Source: Minutocellus sp. GHC0000111
Taxonomy: Eukaryota
Direction: 5' to 3'
Assembly (NCBI GenBank): GCA_977018835.1
Contig: OZ361256.1
Location: 4,898,001 to 4,962,000, forward strand
Length of the DNA: 64,000 bases
The notes under the pieces were generated by a model that saw nothing but the letters and a program-made list of their open reading frames with translations, made no database searches and was not told where the DNA came from. Position 1 is the first letter of the stretch; each line of letters opens with the position of its first letter. This document shows positions 1-12,600 of this stretch, piece by piece. The translations under genes were made by a program, and so were the position numbers.

Positions 1-516
1 ATCTTGGAAAAGTGGGAAATCAATTCAAAAGTGGGAAATGCTGCTACTTCGTCAGCGTCAGTGGCGAACACAATCGATCATGTGTTGTGAGGCTGAACAG
101 GAAAGTAGCCGGCGGTAAAAGGCCGAGATCATGAGTAAGTCCGGGATATGGTACAGGGCAAGCAGGCCAAACGGGCGTGCGTGCCTCTCCTTCGGCGCAT
201 CCGGCACTTTACTCGGTTGCTTTCCTTTTGTATTTATCATTTTTGCTCAACACCGGCCCCGCATCCCGAATTTGTCACAGGATCCTTGGTCCCACTTTCT
301 TTCGAGGCATTTGAGGTTTCTTTGGAGCCTGTTGCGGAATATTTTGAACTTCTTCGCAGTTCTTCCCACTCAAAATACATAATAAGCCTACAGCCTCATT
401 CATTCGTATTCAAGTATCGGCCTTGCGTGGATTTCTGAGAGAACGAGGTCAAGAGGACGCAAGAGCCGCAAAGACGCAAGAGCCGCAAAGTGCATGATGT
501 ACGGCCGTGTAGCGTA

Positions 517-538
517 CCTTTCGAGTTCAGAGGATTTG
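517..538. repeat. Left terminal inverted repeat of a Tc1/mariner-like element
   Basis: TA (515-516) followed by CCTTTCGAGTTCAGAGGATTTG; the reverse complement of 17505-17525 is identical except for one indel. Confidence 0.8.
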
Positions 539-841
539 AAAGTGACGTGATGATGACGTATTAGAAACACGACCACACCAGACCAAAAATCCAAGCTCAC
601 TTTTTCTAACTCCGAGGAATAAATGACGGCCAAGATGGAAGTCGGGGCAAGAACCAAGTTATGGTCACCAACTTCTACATATAGTCGAGAGATATTGTGC
701 ACCAGAACCAATAAATGTACATTATGTGATGATTTTTTTCGACATTTGCATTCCTCACCCCGGGAAAAAATAACATTTTTGGAAGCACCAAATCAAAATG
801 TAATGAATAGAAATGGACATGCTATGATAAGTTATAGCAAA

Positions 842-1005
842 TCAATGAATGACTCCATCGTCTTCATCATTTTCATCTATGTCGTCCTCAATGTCATCAT
901 CTTCGCCGGGAGCATCAATTGGCCAGAGTGGTTCACCATCCTCTTCAGCTTCTTCCTCGGCAATTTTTTCGAGAGAGTTGGTCCAGCCCAGCTTTAGGTG
1001 AGCCG
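842..1005 (-). pseudogene. Possible acidic C-terminal tail of the mariner transposase
   Basis: HLKLGWTNSLEKIAEEEAEEDGEPLWPIDAPGEDDDIEDD...GVIH* ends about 300 bp inside the left TIR on the same strand as the transposase fragment at 15280-17289; positional inference only. Confidence 0.3.
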
Positions 1006-1728
1006 CTCGACCCACAGCCCCATCTCGTCTTGTTTCGCCGGTCGGATGAAGCGTTTTTCGGCAGAAGACGAACACGTCACGAAGAAACCCACCAAAACCC
1101 AATCTCGTTCGTCACCCATTCTTTGACCGTCCAACACCATGGTGGTCCGTCGGCGTTGCGCCGGCGCACAACCATGTTTTCGTACCAAACACGCATTCAT
1201 TATCATGTTTGGATGTAGTTGAAGCTTACTGCATCCTCAGATTGGCCTCCGCTGCGTATCAACGCCACGAACCATCGGCCTACTTTTCCTCCATCTGTCG
1301 GCCGTTCGTTTCTCTGGGGTGGTGCCATTGCTCCGTCTTTGTGCTCGTCGTGCTCCCGTTGTGATGCCCCAGACCCTCTGGCACTTTCCCACGTTGTTGT
1401 TGATGATAAACTGCCAGGATTGCGCCGCACCCCCCGTATGACCGACTCTCGCTGATCCCGACCGATCGCATCCCCACTCGACCTCCCGGAATTCCGACAA
1501 CAATTTTGCGCCCGAGAGGAGACAGATGGTGTTGGGATAAGTTTATGCAACAATCAACCCGACAAAGGGACTTTTTGGTCTGGGAGAAAAATGGGTGAGT
1601 TAAGAAGGACGTGATGTGTTTGTTTGGGTGTGCTGTTTACTTTTTTGCTCAATCGCGATACTGTTTGTAAAAGTTGGATTATGCAATTCATTTTTTGTCA
1701 TTGTGTAGCAGCAGTGTAATTTCATTTT

Positions 1729-3365
1729 CTAATATTGTACATGCCCTGCTCCCATCTCTACATCCTCATCTCCATCGGTGGCCATCATGATCATTTGTTG
1801 GCGCTTGTCATCAGTTTCTGCTTTAACAGCTTCGGTCCTTGTCCTTTTCCTTGTTCTTGCCACCCAAGAGTTTCGCTCCCGCCTCTCGTCGACCTTTGGA
1901 TTGGATGCCCTCTCCTCAGCCTTGAACTGCGCCGTCTGTTGGGCCTCACATCCCTTGACGCCCTGAGTCCGACGATCTTCCTTAACGCCCTCTTGGTGGG
2001 CTCGCTCTACAAACGATTCGTCGAGCCAACAGATGCCGCCCCATCCATTCTTCACTAGCCAAATGTGTTGGTCCAAGATGTGATCTTCGAGTAAGTGCCA
2101 CTTGGGCGTTGTGCTAATGCCGATTGCCCGTGCTTGCTTGAGGGCACTTGCAATCAATGCTTCAAGCTCTCTCACAGCCTTCTTTGCCTCATCATCCCAT
2201 TTCATGTGCCATTTCAGAAACCTGGAACATGTTGCGTCAAGAGTGTGGAGCAAATTAGAGCAAGCTTTGCAGAGCTCTTTGATGTCGTCATCCGTCACAT
2301 GCCACCTTCCTCGCGATTGTGCTCTAGGAGAGCTCCTTTGGTGGAGGTGTTGTGGTGGATGAACTCTGTTGTCCTTGGTTTCTTCTTGTTGTTGCCATCA
2401 GAAATATTAATAGATAAAGCTCTCCAGCATTCTGCCAGCACTGCCCTTATTTTACCTGAGTCGGCCGCCTCAATGCCGGCCTTTTTCAGGAAATGGAAGT
2501 GAGGGGCATCGTCATCCTCGGCATCATCGACAGCTCCCATCTCTGGCTCGCCATCACCGTGCTTCTGACGATTCTTCTCAAAGCACTGCTGCATGTGTGC
2601 TTCATGTGCAGCGTCCTCTCTTGCAACATCAGCTTCGTCCTCATAACAGGGCACACAGTCCTCGTCTTCGTCGTCATCGTCCTCACTGATCTCGCCGGCC
2701 TCCGTCGTGGTCAGGGTGCCCACCGTCCCAACATCGTCGTCATTGTCCCACCCATCGTCCTGGCCATTGCACCCACCAGGGAACTTCTGGGCCTCGAGCA
2801 ACATCTGCCTGTTGATTTCGTAGTCCATCGCCGCATGTCCCACCGACACATGTGGTGCGACCGACTTGAGGAATGCATCACATGCCTTCGTCAAATTGAG
2901 CCGCGGCGGCGGCATTTCGAGGCGAAATTGTTGCTCGACCGTGACCATGTCGAAAGCCATCCATCCATCATCATGGAGAGCGTCGGCTGCACGAGGATTG
3001 ACAGAACCGAGGCGAACAAACATGCTCTTTTTGCATGGGGTTCGCTGAACGTCGTCGGCAAGGCAGTGTCTTGATACCATTTCATCCCATCCATTCTGGT
3101 TGTCTGTCCTCACAAAAAACACATCGCAGTCTTCGTGTTTCTTCTTCTTCAAACCCAAGATGCCCGCAGTGTGCATGACGGCGCCGTGCATGATGGGACT
3201 GCATCCCAACACATTCATCAAGGAGTCGTTGTTGCCGATGAAATTGTAGTAATGAAGTTCCTTTCTGCGAAGACGGACGAGTAGTTCAGCCAGGGCGTCC
3301 TGCGCACGCCGCAACTCTGTCTGCGGTGTTGACCGCGGGATTGCGGCCGCTGTTTTTTTGCTCAT
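1729..3365 (-). pseudogene. Degenerate RAG1/Transib/Chapaev-like DDE transposase (C-terminal part 1729-2298) plus upstream element ORF
   Basis: TPKWHLLEDH...GGICWLDESFVERAHQ parallels the RAG1 Hx4H zinc-ligand and catalytic Glu segment (YFHKTLAH...GSIGAWASEGNESGNK). The N-terminal catalytic Asps were not found and termini were not identified. Confidence 0.55.
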
Positions 3366-4507
3366 GGAGAGCTGTGGATCGAGACCAACGGGAATGTCAC
3401 CAGGATGTCGGGAGTACCTGGTTGGTCTCGTGCCGTAATTCTCCCACACCAGCGCGAGATATCGCCTTCGTTCTGCACGCAGCGGCGGCAATTTGAATTT
3501 TTGCCGCCATGGTGGCTCGCGTTGGGCGCGCCGGTCGGTTGCTTCGCGCGCCGGCCGGCCACCGAAAATGCGACCAAAAGTATGCGAGTCATCCGGCTGG
3601 CAGATGGTGCTGTGGACCCAAAAACTGGACATTCGTCTTTCCGTCGTCCGTGTTTCCAACGCGGCGAAGTACGGGAAAAGTCGCAATTTCCTGCCGGACC
3701 AACTTTTCCCCCTGAAATATGGCAAAAAGACTTGATCGAGCCGGCCTGCCTCGCTTACGTCCCCACTCTAGACACATTCAAGGTTGGGGACATCGAAGGT
3801 CCGGCTCGAAAATTCCGCACACAGGCTGAGCTATCGAGGGGGAAAAATCACGCACAAAAAACGATGACGACATACGAAAATTTGCTCTCATTGGCGGCCG
3901 ATTCGGGGGCGGATACGAACAAAAACCACAACAATCAACCATACAAACATTTTCATTCATATCTTGGGCGTGTGTCTCTGCATTTCTGGGTGGATTGGGC
4001 GGCTGTGGCTCTCACGGTATCACTATTAGAATAATTGTGAGCCAGTAGGAAATGGTTTATGCATTGTTTCCTCCCTTTCTCGCCCTCCCTTCCATCTTCT
4101 TTTTATTTTGGCTCTTTTTTCTCAATCTTCGACTTAACGAGAATGCCCTACCGGCATTCAATAGCTTTGCTGATTTTATTTTCTATCGGGATGACTAATA
4201 GAAATGCCTGGGTAGTAGCTAGAGGGTCGCAAGGGCCCTTGTATTACCTAGGCAAGCTTGCCTTGCATGTATCCAACTGATGACTTCAGCCATTGCATGT
4301 ATCAGAGCTCAGCGAAGAAGCCGACCGAGCCGAGCGAAAACTTCAGCCAGACACGAAAAGAGGAAAAGGCCTTCCTCGCATTGGATAGGCCAGAACTGGC
4401 TCTTCGAAGCTGGCTCTTCGGCTCTTTCCCCATTTTCCTCTTCTGTCATCCGTGTGCGCAACTTGCCACATTTCATAATACGACCGAGTTACAAAGTGAA
4501 AGAAGTC

Positions 4508-6450
4508 ATGTCTAATCCTTCTCCTGTCGTTCCCGTCACGGTTCTGTGAGTTGGTCTCTTCTCAACATTTTACTGCCGCTTAGTATCGTCTTATCGTCTT
4601 CACTCACAACATTATCGGCAGTCGATATCGGTGCCGGTTGCTATGTTGTTCCCCTTGGCACAATTGGCACCTTCTCACCTCCCAAACTCTATTCTTTCTC
4701 TCCTAATCTTACTGCTCAACTGATCGAACACAGGACCGGCTTTCTGTAAGTGTCTGTCTAGTCTATCTATATCTCGTTCTTCTCGTTGCTTCTTCAGCGC
4801 ATTTATTTGTACTACGTGCATGTATTGACATTACTTCTTCAGCACATTTATTTGTCTACTATTGACATCTCTAATTACTCATGGATATCTCCAATTTTGC
4901 ATGTCGGACCCTTTCTCATCTCAAACGATTCTATTGATCCATCTCCAACATTATCAAATTCAACAGGGGCTCGGGCAAGACCACTCTGCTCAACCACATT
5001 CTCAACGACAAGACTCATGGGATGAAATTCGCCGTCATCGAAAACGAGTTTGGAGACGTCGGAATCGACGAGAAAGTTCTGTCTGAGAACGTCGACGAGG
5101 AGGTCATCGAGGTCATGAACGGCTGTATCTGCTGCACCGTCCGTGGAGACCTCGTGGAGGCGCTCAAGAAGCTCTACAAGCGCGTGGAAAGCTTCGATGG
5201 GATCCTCATCGAGACGACTGGCCTTGCCGATCCCGCGCCTGTAATTCAGACCTTTTTCGTAGATGAGGACATTCAGAAGATGTACAAGCTGGACAGCGTC
5301 ATCACCGTCGTCGATGCGAAGCACATCATCCCCCGTCTCGATGAAAAGAAGCCCGAAGGGTGAGATTTCCTCAACATTTTTCACTTGTGTAGGATTGATT
5401 GCACGAACTGTATCTGTACGATTTGTAATATATACATCTGTATGATGTACATGCATTTATCATTTGTGACTAATCCCATCATCTTGACTACTACACATTC
5501 ATTTACTTGATCATGATTAAATAGGGTGGAGAACGAGGCCGTCGAGCAGGTTGTCTTTGCCGATAGGGTAAGTTATTATACATGTATTCTGAGATGTTTG
5601 ATAATATTTTTTCGTGTCCAGAACACCCACCATGTACTACATGTTACAAATCTCGAATGTACATGTATATCAAAATGTACCATTCAGATGTACGCACCAA
5701 ATATCCTTCTGACAAATACATCCTATTAAATTTGCTCCGCTCCCACCATAGATCATCCTCAACAAGACGGACATCGTCAAGGATGAAGCCGAGCTCAAGA
5801 ACATCGAGGATCGCCTTCGTAAGCTCACTCCCACGGCACCCATTCTTCGTGCCCAGCATGGCAAGATCTCTCCCAAGGATCTTCTCAACATTGGTGCCTT
5901 CGATCTCAAGCGCGTCTTGGAGTTCGAGCCAGAGTTCCTCGACGATCCTGATGCCGAGCATGAGCACGATAAGTCAATCGTGTCCACGTCCTCCAAGTTT
6001 GAAGGAGAGGTCAATATCTCCATGGTGGAGCGCTGGATTCAGCGTCTCATCATGGAGGACGGTGCCAACCTCTACCGCTACAAGGGTGTCATCGCTGTCA
6101 AGGGCAAAGACGAGAAGTTTGTCTTCCAAGGCGTTGGAATGATGTTCTCCGGAAATTTCCAGGGCGCGTGGAAGCCTGATGAAAAGCGTGGGAGCCGATT
6201 CGTCTTCATTGGCAAGAACCTCGATGTTGCCTTTCTGAAGGAGGGCTTTGAGGCCTGTAAAGTCACCGATGAGCTCCGCTTTGCGGTCGGCAGCACTGTC
6301 GAGGCCAACATCGGCCAGTGGGAGCGGGGCGTCGTCATCAAGCAGTGGGATGATGGCAACGCCTATCGCATCCAGCTTTATGCTGACAATACCCATTGCT
6401 GGGCGCCTCTGGACATCAATGCGTACGTCCGCCCCGTCCGTGGTGGATAG
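4508..6450 (+). CDS. COG0523/CobW family Zn/Co metallochaperone GTPase; exons 4508-4545, 4734-4745, 4967-5359, 5525-5567, 5752-6450
   Basis: Spliced product has VTVLTGFLGSGKTT, ENEFG, GCICC, ETTGLA, LNKTD and CobW_C (RYKG...FQGV...FVFIG); all introns are GT-AG and in phase. Confidence 0.95.
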
Positions 6451-6642
6451 ATTTGCTTGAGATAATACATGTAACACGAGCCATCCGGTTTAAGATCAGA
6501 TCAAGTTGCAATGAAAGAAAGCTTGGACATCATCTCTTTTCCAGTAGGCTAGCTAAGTTGCGCTCAGAAGAAAAGTAACAAATTAGTCTGGTCGATCTAG
6601 CATGATACTATATAATCGTACTAGTACCGTACGCAGTATTGG

Positions 6643-8900
6643 CTATATTTCCTCGTCGTCGTCGTATTCACCATCGTCATCCGACATAGAAGAAGCTCTC
6701 TCTGCGACAGCATCTAGATCCACCTCGGGCTCTTCCGCCAAGTCAAGCAGTGTTATGGTATCTTCAAGATATCTTCTCATTCTCTCGACCTCGCTGTCAT
6801 CACCATCACCGTTGTTGCCAGCGCCTTCTGTAGCCTCCGGTCCCTTGCTCATGCCACCCATAGAGGCAACGTCATCGTAGTTAAAGTCTGTGAAAGTAAA
6901 GCCAAGTTCTTGAGCCATATCGTCCATTTGATCTGCCTCTTCGGTCTTGAGAATAGAGGTAACTCGCCCTCCAACGCCCGATACACTGCCCATTTGGCCA
7001 ATCCTGCCGACACGGCCAGCCAAATCAAGGTATTCTCTCGGATCATCCGATGGAAGGTACATGGTGTAAACATGCGTCAGGTTGGCAAAGTCCAAACCTC
7101 GGACGGAGTTGGGCGTGGCGAGCATGACGCTGGTAGCATTGGACTTGAATTGTTCCATAATTTCGAGAGGATTCACGCCAATGTTGGGTAGCAGAACGCA
7201 CAATCTATGCTCGCCCCATAGAGCATCTCTCATGGGCTCGATCGCTGCCTTGGCCTCTTCCTCGCCAGGGAAGAAGGCCACGACGCGGGGACGCTGAATC
7301 TGCTTGCGAGCAGCGCCTTTATCTGCATCAGCCTCGGCGTTGGCCTTTCGGACGGCTTCGTCGTATTCTTGCAGCTCCTTGCGCAGCATTCGTACTAGAC
7401 ATAGCATGCCACGGTCGGCGGGAGCAATGACACGCTCGTGTCGGAGTCCAGGGTCCAAACACAAACCGAGATCCTTGAGCGATGCAGTTCTCGTTTCGCT
7501 CGCAGTATCGCCACTGGCAGAATCGGCATCGGACGTTGATAGCGGTGCAAATTGAGTAGCCGTTGCGATGAAGCTCTTGCCCTCCGGAAGGATACCATCT
7601 CGCACAACCAGCTTGCCCAATGATGGAGTAACAGTTGCCCCGACAACGTATGTAAGTCTGGAGAAGTTGCGCTCGTCCTCTGCATCGCTAAAGAGGGCTT
7701 TCAAATCATCCTCGGGGGTTTGCTCCAACGCTAGATCGGCCTCGTCATAGATGACAACTCGAAGATTCTCCGGAATGATGTCGCCATCCCGAATTAACTT
7801 GCCAAGATACTTGGGTGTGGTAATGGCCACGTCGGTCTGCAATTTGAGTCCAAATTTGGCCTCCTCGTCATCCAATACGCAACCAATTTTCACTCCCTTT
7901 GGTCCTTTGTATTTGAACATGTTGGCCAATCCAGGCATCTCGGTCTGCGTCTTTTTGGTGCTGCCACCGACACATTCATACAAAAGCAAGGCGGTCTGAA
8001 CGCCAAGCTCCCTCGTCGGCACCACAATGAGCGCAAGTGGAGATTTGACATCGGTACCAGACTTTCCGTGAGTGGACATGGCTGCTCCGGTGGCGATGGT
8101 ATTGCCACCTCCACCGCCGACTTGCTTTCGTCCCTGCCCTCGAATGGTCGGGCTGGTCTGTACGGCCACCCGAGCCAGCAAATCGTCCGACACATCGCCC
8201 ACATCTTCCTCGGCCTTGACACGGATGCGCTGCCGGGTGAAGAGCGAATCCGACAGAGTGGACAGCATGGGTACCAAATACGCAAGGGTCTTACCCGAAC
8301 CGGTACTTCCCGAGATGATGACGCCCATATTGCCAACGTTGGCGTTGCGCTGGATCAGCTCCTCCAACGTAGTCGGCGCATCTTCGCCGTTCATGGCCTC
8401 CTCCAGCGCTCCGAGCATGGTGTTGACGGCCTCAAAGGCGTTGATTTGGATCGTCGTGGGGAACTTGTAGTTGAGCGCATCGAGCCGATCCTCCAACCAC
8501 CGGGCCGTGCCCAGCCCTCTCCAACTAAGTCGCTTCATCTTGCGCCGGTCGATGTCCTTGCTGTCCGACGTGCCGGCGGGACGGTAGGCACCGGTCGATA
8601 CTCGATCGGCCAGCTCATCCCGATACTTCTTGGCCAGGAGGTAGTCCTCCGTCGACACGGCCTGCCGAAGGAGAGTTTGTAGCTCGTTGAGGCCCATGGA
8701 GGATATGCTATTGGTAGAAGTGGCTTCGTCATCATCTGGTGATGCAGAGGAGTACAGGATGCAGTGGCGGTGGCGGTGGCGGTGGCGAGTGGGTGATATC
8801 GAAGGGGGGGAGCTAACGACCCATGCCGTGCAGAAGGAATTGCGGGCGAGGCAGGAGAGGCAGGGGAGGGCAATGAGAAGATATTGGTGGAGTGAACATA
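6643..8900 (-). CDS. DEAD-box RNA helicase with N-terminal UVR motif, probably plastid-targeted; start uncertain
   Basis: Q motif (PTTIQ), GSTGSGKT, PTREL, DEAD, GAT, RGLD, GRVGR; LRQAVSTEDYLLAKKYRDEL is a UVR motif; signal-peptide-like stretch ends ...CTAW but has no in-frame ATG upstream. Confidence 0.85.
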
Positions 8901-9607
8901 GTTGGGAGGGTGGGTAAGGTGTGTGGGGAGGGGGCAAAGGCTGGAACACGAGTAGCGACGCGATTGGCACTTCCACTTCCACCTCACTGACGTGATGGAT
9001 TGTGGGAGCAGGTGAGAGCGAAATAAAGTGAAATCTGCGGCTGTGAGGATTAGTTTCGGCGTGACGTAAATTTCTGGGGGGGAAATGGGGAAACTCGCCC
9101 GACAAAAGCTCTTGGCCGGCAACAATGCCAAATCCACAACAATGGATACAACGGGGTCGGCAACGTGGGGTTGGTGTGGGGTGTGTATTGGGGGTTGGGT
9201 GTGGGGGGGGGGGGGCAAAACTGGCGACAAGCGCCAAGTTTCGCCAGGTCAAAAATTATAGGTTGACTTCCCGCTTTGCGAAAAGTGAGATGGGATCACG
9301 TACAGCCTGCAGTGTTTCATGCGTGAACGGACCAGCTCCTCCATCTCGCGACGCCCCTGTTTGATCGGACGCCTGCGAACCTAAGGTAAGTATGGGGCTT
9401 TTGAACGAACTTGGGAACTCCCCGATTTTTCGCTTGCTATCTTTCATGATTCCGAAACCAAGGCAAATTTGCATCACATTGCATTGGTACCTACCTACTC
9501 TAGCTACGTAGCTAGACTAGGCCTAGCTCTAGGTAGGCCTACGGTACTTGTGACAAAGCATCCACCACATCGCACATAGCAGTTTTTCGTGTATCGATAC
9601 CGTGGCG

Positions 9608-12600
9608 ATGAGGTCGCGTCGTTCCAGAAAAGCCCCTGCCGCCACAGCTGCCGCATCATTTCCCCCAGCAGCTGGTAACGTTGCTACTGATCCTATCGGT
9701 TCTGCTGGCATGAGCGGTAGCACTCGTCGCACATCGCCTCGGACGGCGGCATCAGCAGCAACACGATCGGCCGCCGCTACCGGTGATGGAGCACAGGCCA
9801 AGAGCAAGAGCAACACCATGGTAGCGATGGCAGAGGAGCAGAGACAAGCCTCAAAGTCAGGAGCAGACCCACCAGGTCGGAGATCGGCCAATACGAGGAA
9901 GCGAACTAGGACCACCTTCTACAATGCCGATGTGGGTACTGAAAAATCGACTGGGGGTTCAACGGCCAAAGCAGATGGTGCCGCTGAGGCAGAAGCTACG
10001 GGCGGTGCGACATCACGCTCATCGGAGGCTCAGTCGGATACGGCGGGTAGTGCTATCAGTGATAAATCAGCAAAGGCACGTGGCGATTCGAACGGTGGCA
10101 AAACGCAGAAAGCAAGTGCCAACACCGGTGCAACTGTCGGCAGGACCAGCAGACTGTCATTGACGAAGCGTCGGGCCGCTCGAGCACAAGCACAGACCCT
10201 GGCACAGACCAAGACGAAGGATCAAGTCCAAGTGCAGCCTTCACCTGGGAGGGCAAAGGGACAAAAGTACCGGGTCGGTACTGTCATATCCAAAGATTTT
10301 GATGGAGTTGGTAAGTGGATAGAATGCTTGACATGTCCTGAGTTAAATTGCAATGCTATGGAATGAATCATGCATCGTAAGATTTCGTTGGAACTTTACT
10401 TAATTATCCATCATTCGTTGAAAATTCCATCCAAACAAATTGCTGATTAGCGTATCGAAATGATATTATTTCGTACGATGCCAAGGCTCGGTATTACAAG
10501 GTCCGATATGTGGAGGATGGTGACGAGGAGGAGCTGGAGGAAGCCGAAATTGAGCGTTTCCTGGACCCACTGGATTGTTCTTCCGATGCCGATAGTAGCA
10601 TTGCCGTTTCTATTACAGCAGCAGCAGTGACTACTGATGTGACCACCGCTGGTAAAAAGACAAGTGCCGACGAGTCTGCAATAGGGTCCAAGGATGTTGC
10701 AGCAGCAAAGCCCGAGGGGAAGACTAGAGGCGCTACTGCTGCTGCTGCTCAGGAGGATGCGGTGACAGCAAAATCGACTGACCGTGGGAAAGGAGATGAG
10801 GCTGCTGCCGCAAAGGATGGGCCCAAGAAGAATCAAGAGACAAGTGATCTTTATCTAATTGGAACTGAAATATCCAAAGATTTTGATGGAGTCGGTAAGT
10901 GCATTCAGAGCGAGTACATTGCATTTTTCCAAATCTATGCCCATGTTTTACACTCGTTCAGAGCCGATCTTTAATTTCTCACCCAACCACAACAATAATC
11001 TTCTACCCAAATGCTACCAATAACATATCAGCCTATCGAGGAGAAGTTGTTTCGTATGACCAGGGTTCTAAATTCTACAAGATCCGATATTCCGATGGTG
11101 ATGAGGAGGAGATGGACGCGAAGGATATGAGAGTTCATGTCGTACATTCTACTGGAACGAAGACAGATGATGCAGGCGCCGCCACTAAGAATGGTGACGC
11201 CAAGAAGAAGTCCAATGGCAAAAAGGCCGGAGCGAAAATAGTTGATTCGTCGGAGATCAGTGTGAAGGCGGGCGATGATGCCGGCGCCGGCACCAAGAAG
11301 GGCGGTACGAAGAAGGCCAACGCCAAGAAGGGCGATTCCAAAAAGGCTGCGTCCTCGGAGGTCGGTGGGAAGATTGATGGCGGTACAAGTGAGAGTGCAG
11401 GCGATCATTCTGGCGCTTCTGCTGGTGATGACGGAGCTCAGAAGTCTAGTAAGAGTGCAAATAAGGGTGGCAGATCGAAAGAAGGCAAGAAGTCGGACGC
11501 AACAAATGAAGCGTCGAAGCCTTCGGATCCACCAATTTCGAGTCGAGATGATATCCTTCGGGCCGCAACGCAATTGGCTGCCACCAAAACGCCCGTCTCT
11601 GCAACCAGTACCAGTACTAGTACCATACCCAAGAAATCTGACGGGGGGCTGGAAGAAAAGGAGACGTTTCATCCCGGTCATGTATGCAGAGATGCACAAT
11701 TTTACACTACGCTGAATGATGAAACGCCATTCGATTGCTCCGAAAAGCTAGGTTGCGAGTGCAATGATCTCATTTCTGTCAATCGCAAACGATACAAGAG
11801 ATTGAATGCCAAATCAAAGCTACAGCAGGGTACAATCCTCCGAATTCCAGAGAAACGTGACGTTGAGAAGGTGCTACAACTTTACAAGTACAAGGATGGG
11901 GAGCCAAAGCTTGACTACTGTTACGTTTGCCTCGAGATTGAGAGTCCTGACGGTCCTGAGATGCTCCTGTGTGATGGTGATAGCTGTGATAAGGCCTGTC
12001 ACCTATCCTGCACGCACGATAAGCTCAATGCTGTTCCTGATGGCAATTGGTATTGCAAGAGCTGTCAAGACAAAAACAGTTCCAGTATCAGCAGTAAGCC
12101 AAAGAAGGACGAGACGAAGAAAAGATCAAAGCTAAAGCGTGTTCCCAAAGCAAGTAGATCAAAGGGCTCTGGTACGAGAACATCGGTATCCTCCTCAACC
12201 CCTAATTTGTCTTCTGTCCGGCCAGTCACTCCGGCTTCTTACGATGTGATGGATTCTCTTGCTTTTCTCGGGCAGAGTACGGCACCGGCATCGGCCTTGG
12301 CGTCAGCTCCATTACCAAGCAAGTCCCGCAGTGCCAAGTCCAAGCAAAAGCAGAAACAAACCAAGAGCCCTCCTCGTCCAAAGACTCCAAAAGATCAAGA
12401 ATCAATCTTATCGTCTCCTGCGAATCTCCCCAGCAAGAAGTTGCTCGCAGTGTTGGATGGACAAGTTGTCGAGGATTCGACTACTAGCGACAACGCTCAC
12501 GTGGCGACTACGACTGAGAGATCGGCCGCTAAGAAAATGAAAGGTGCTGCTGCTACTGCCACTGCCAGCAAGAAGAAGAAAAAGGGGAAAAACAAGGACA

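Noticed and set aside
455..490. Short tandem duplication GACGCAAGAGCCGCAAA
   Set aside because: Two copies only; ordinary slippage.
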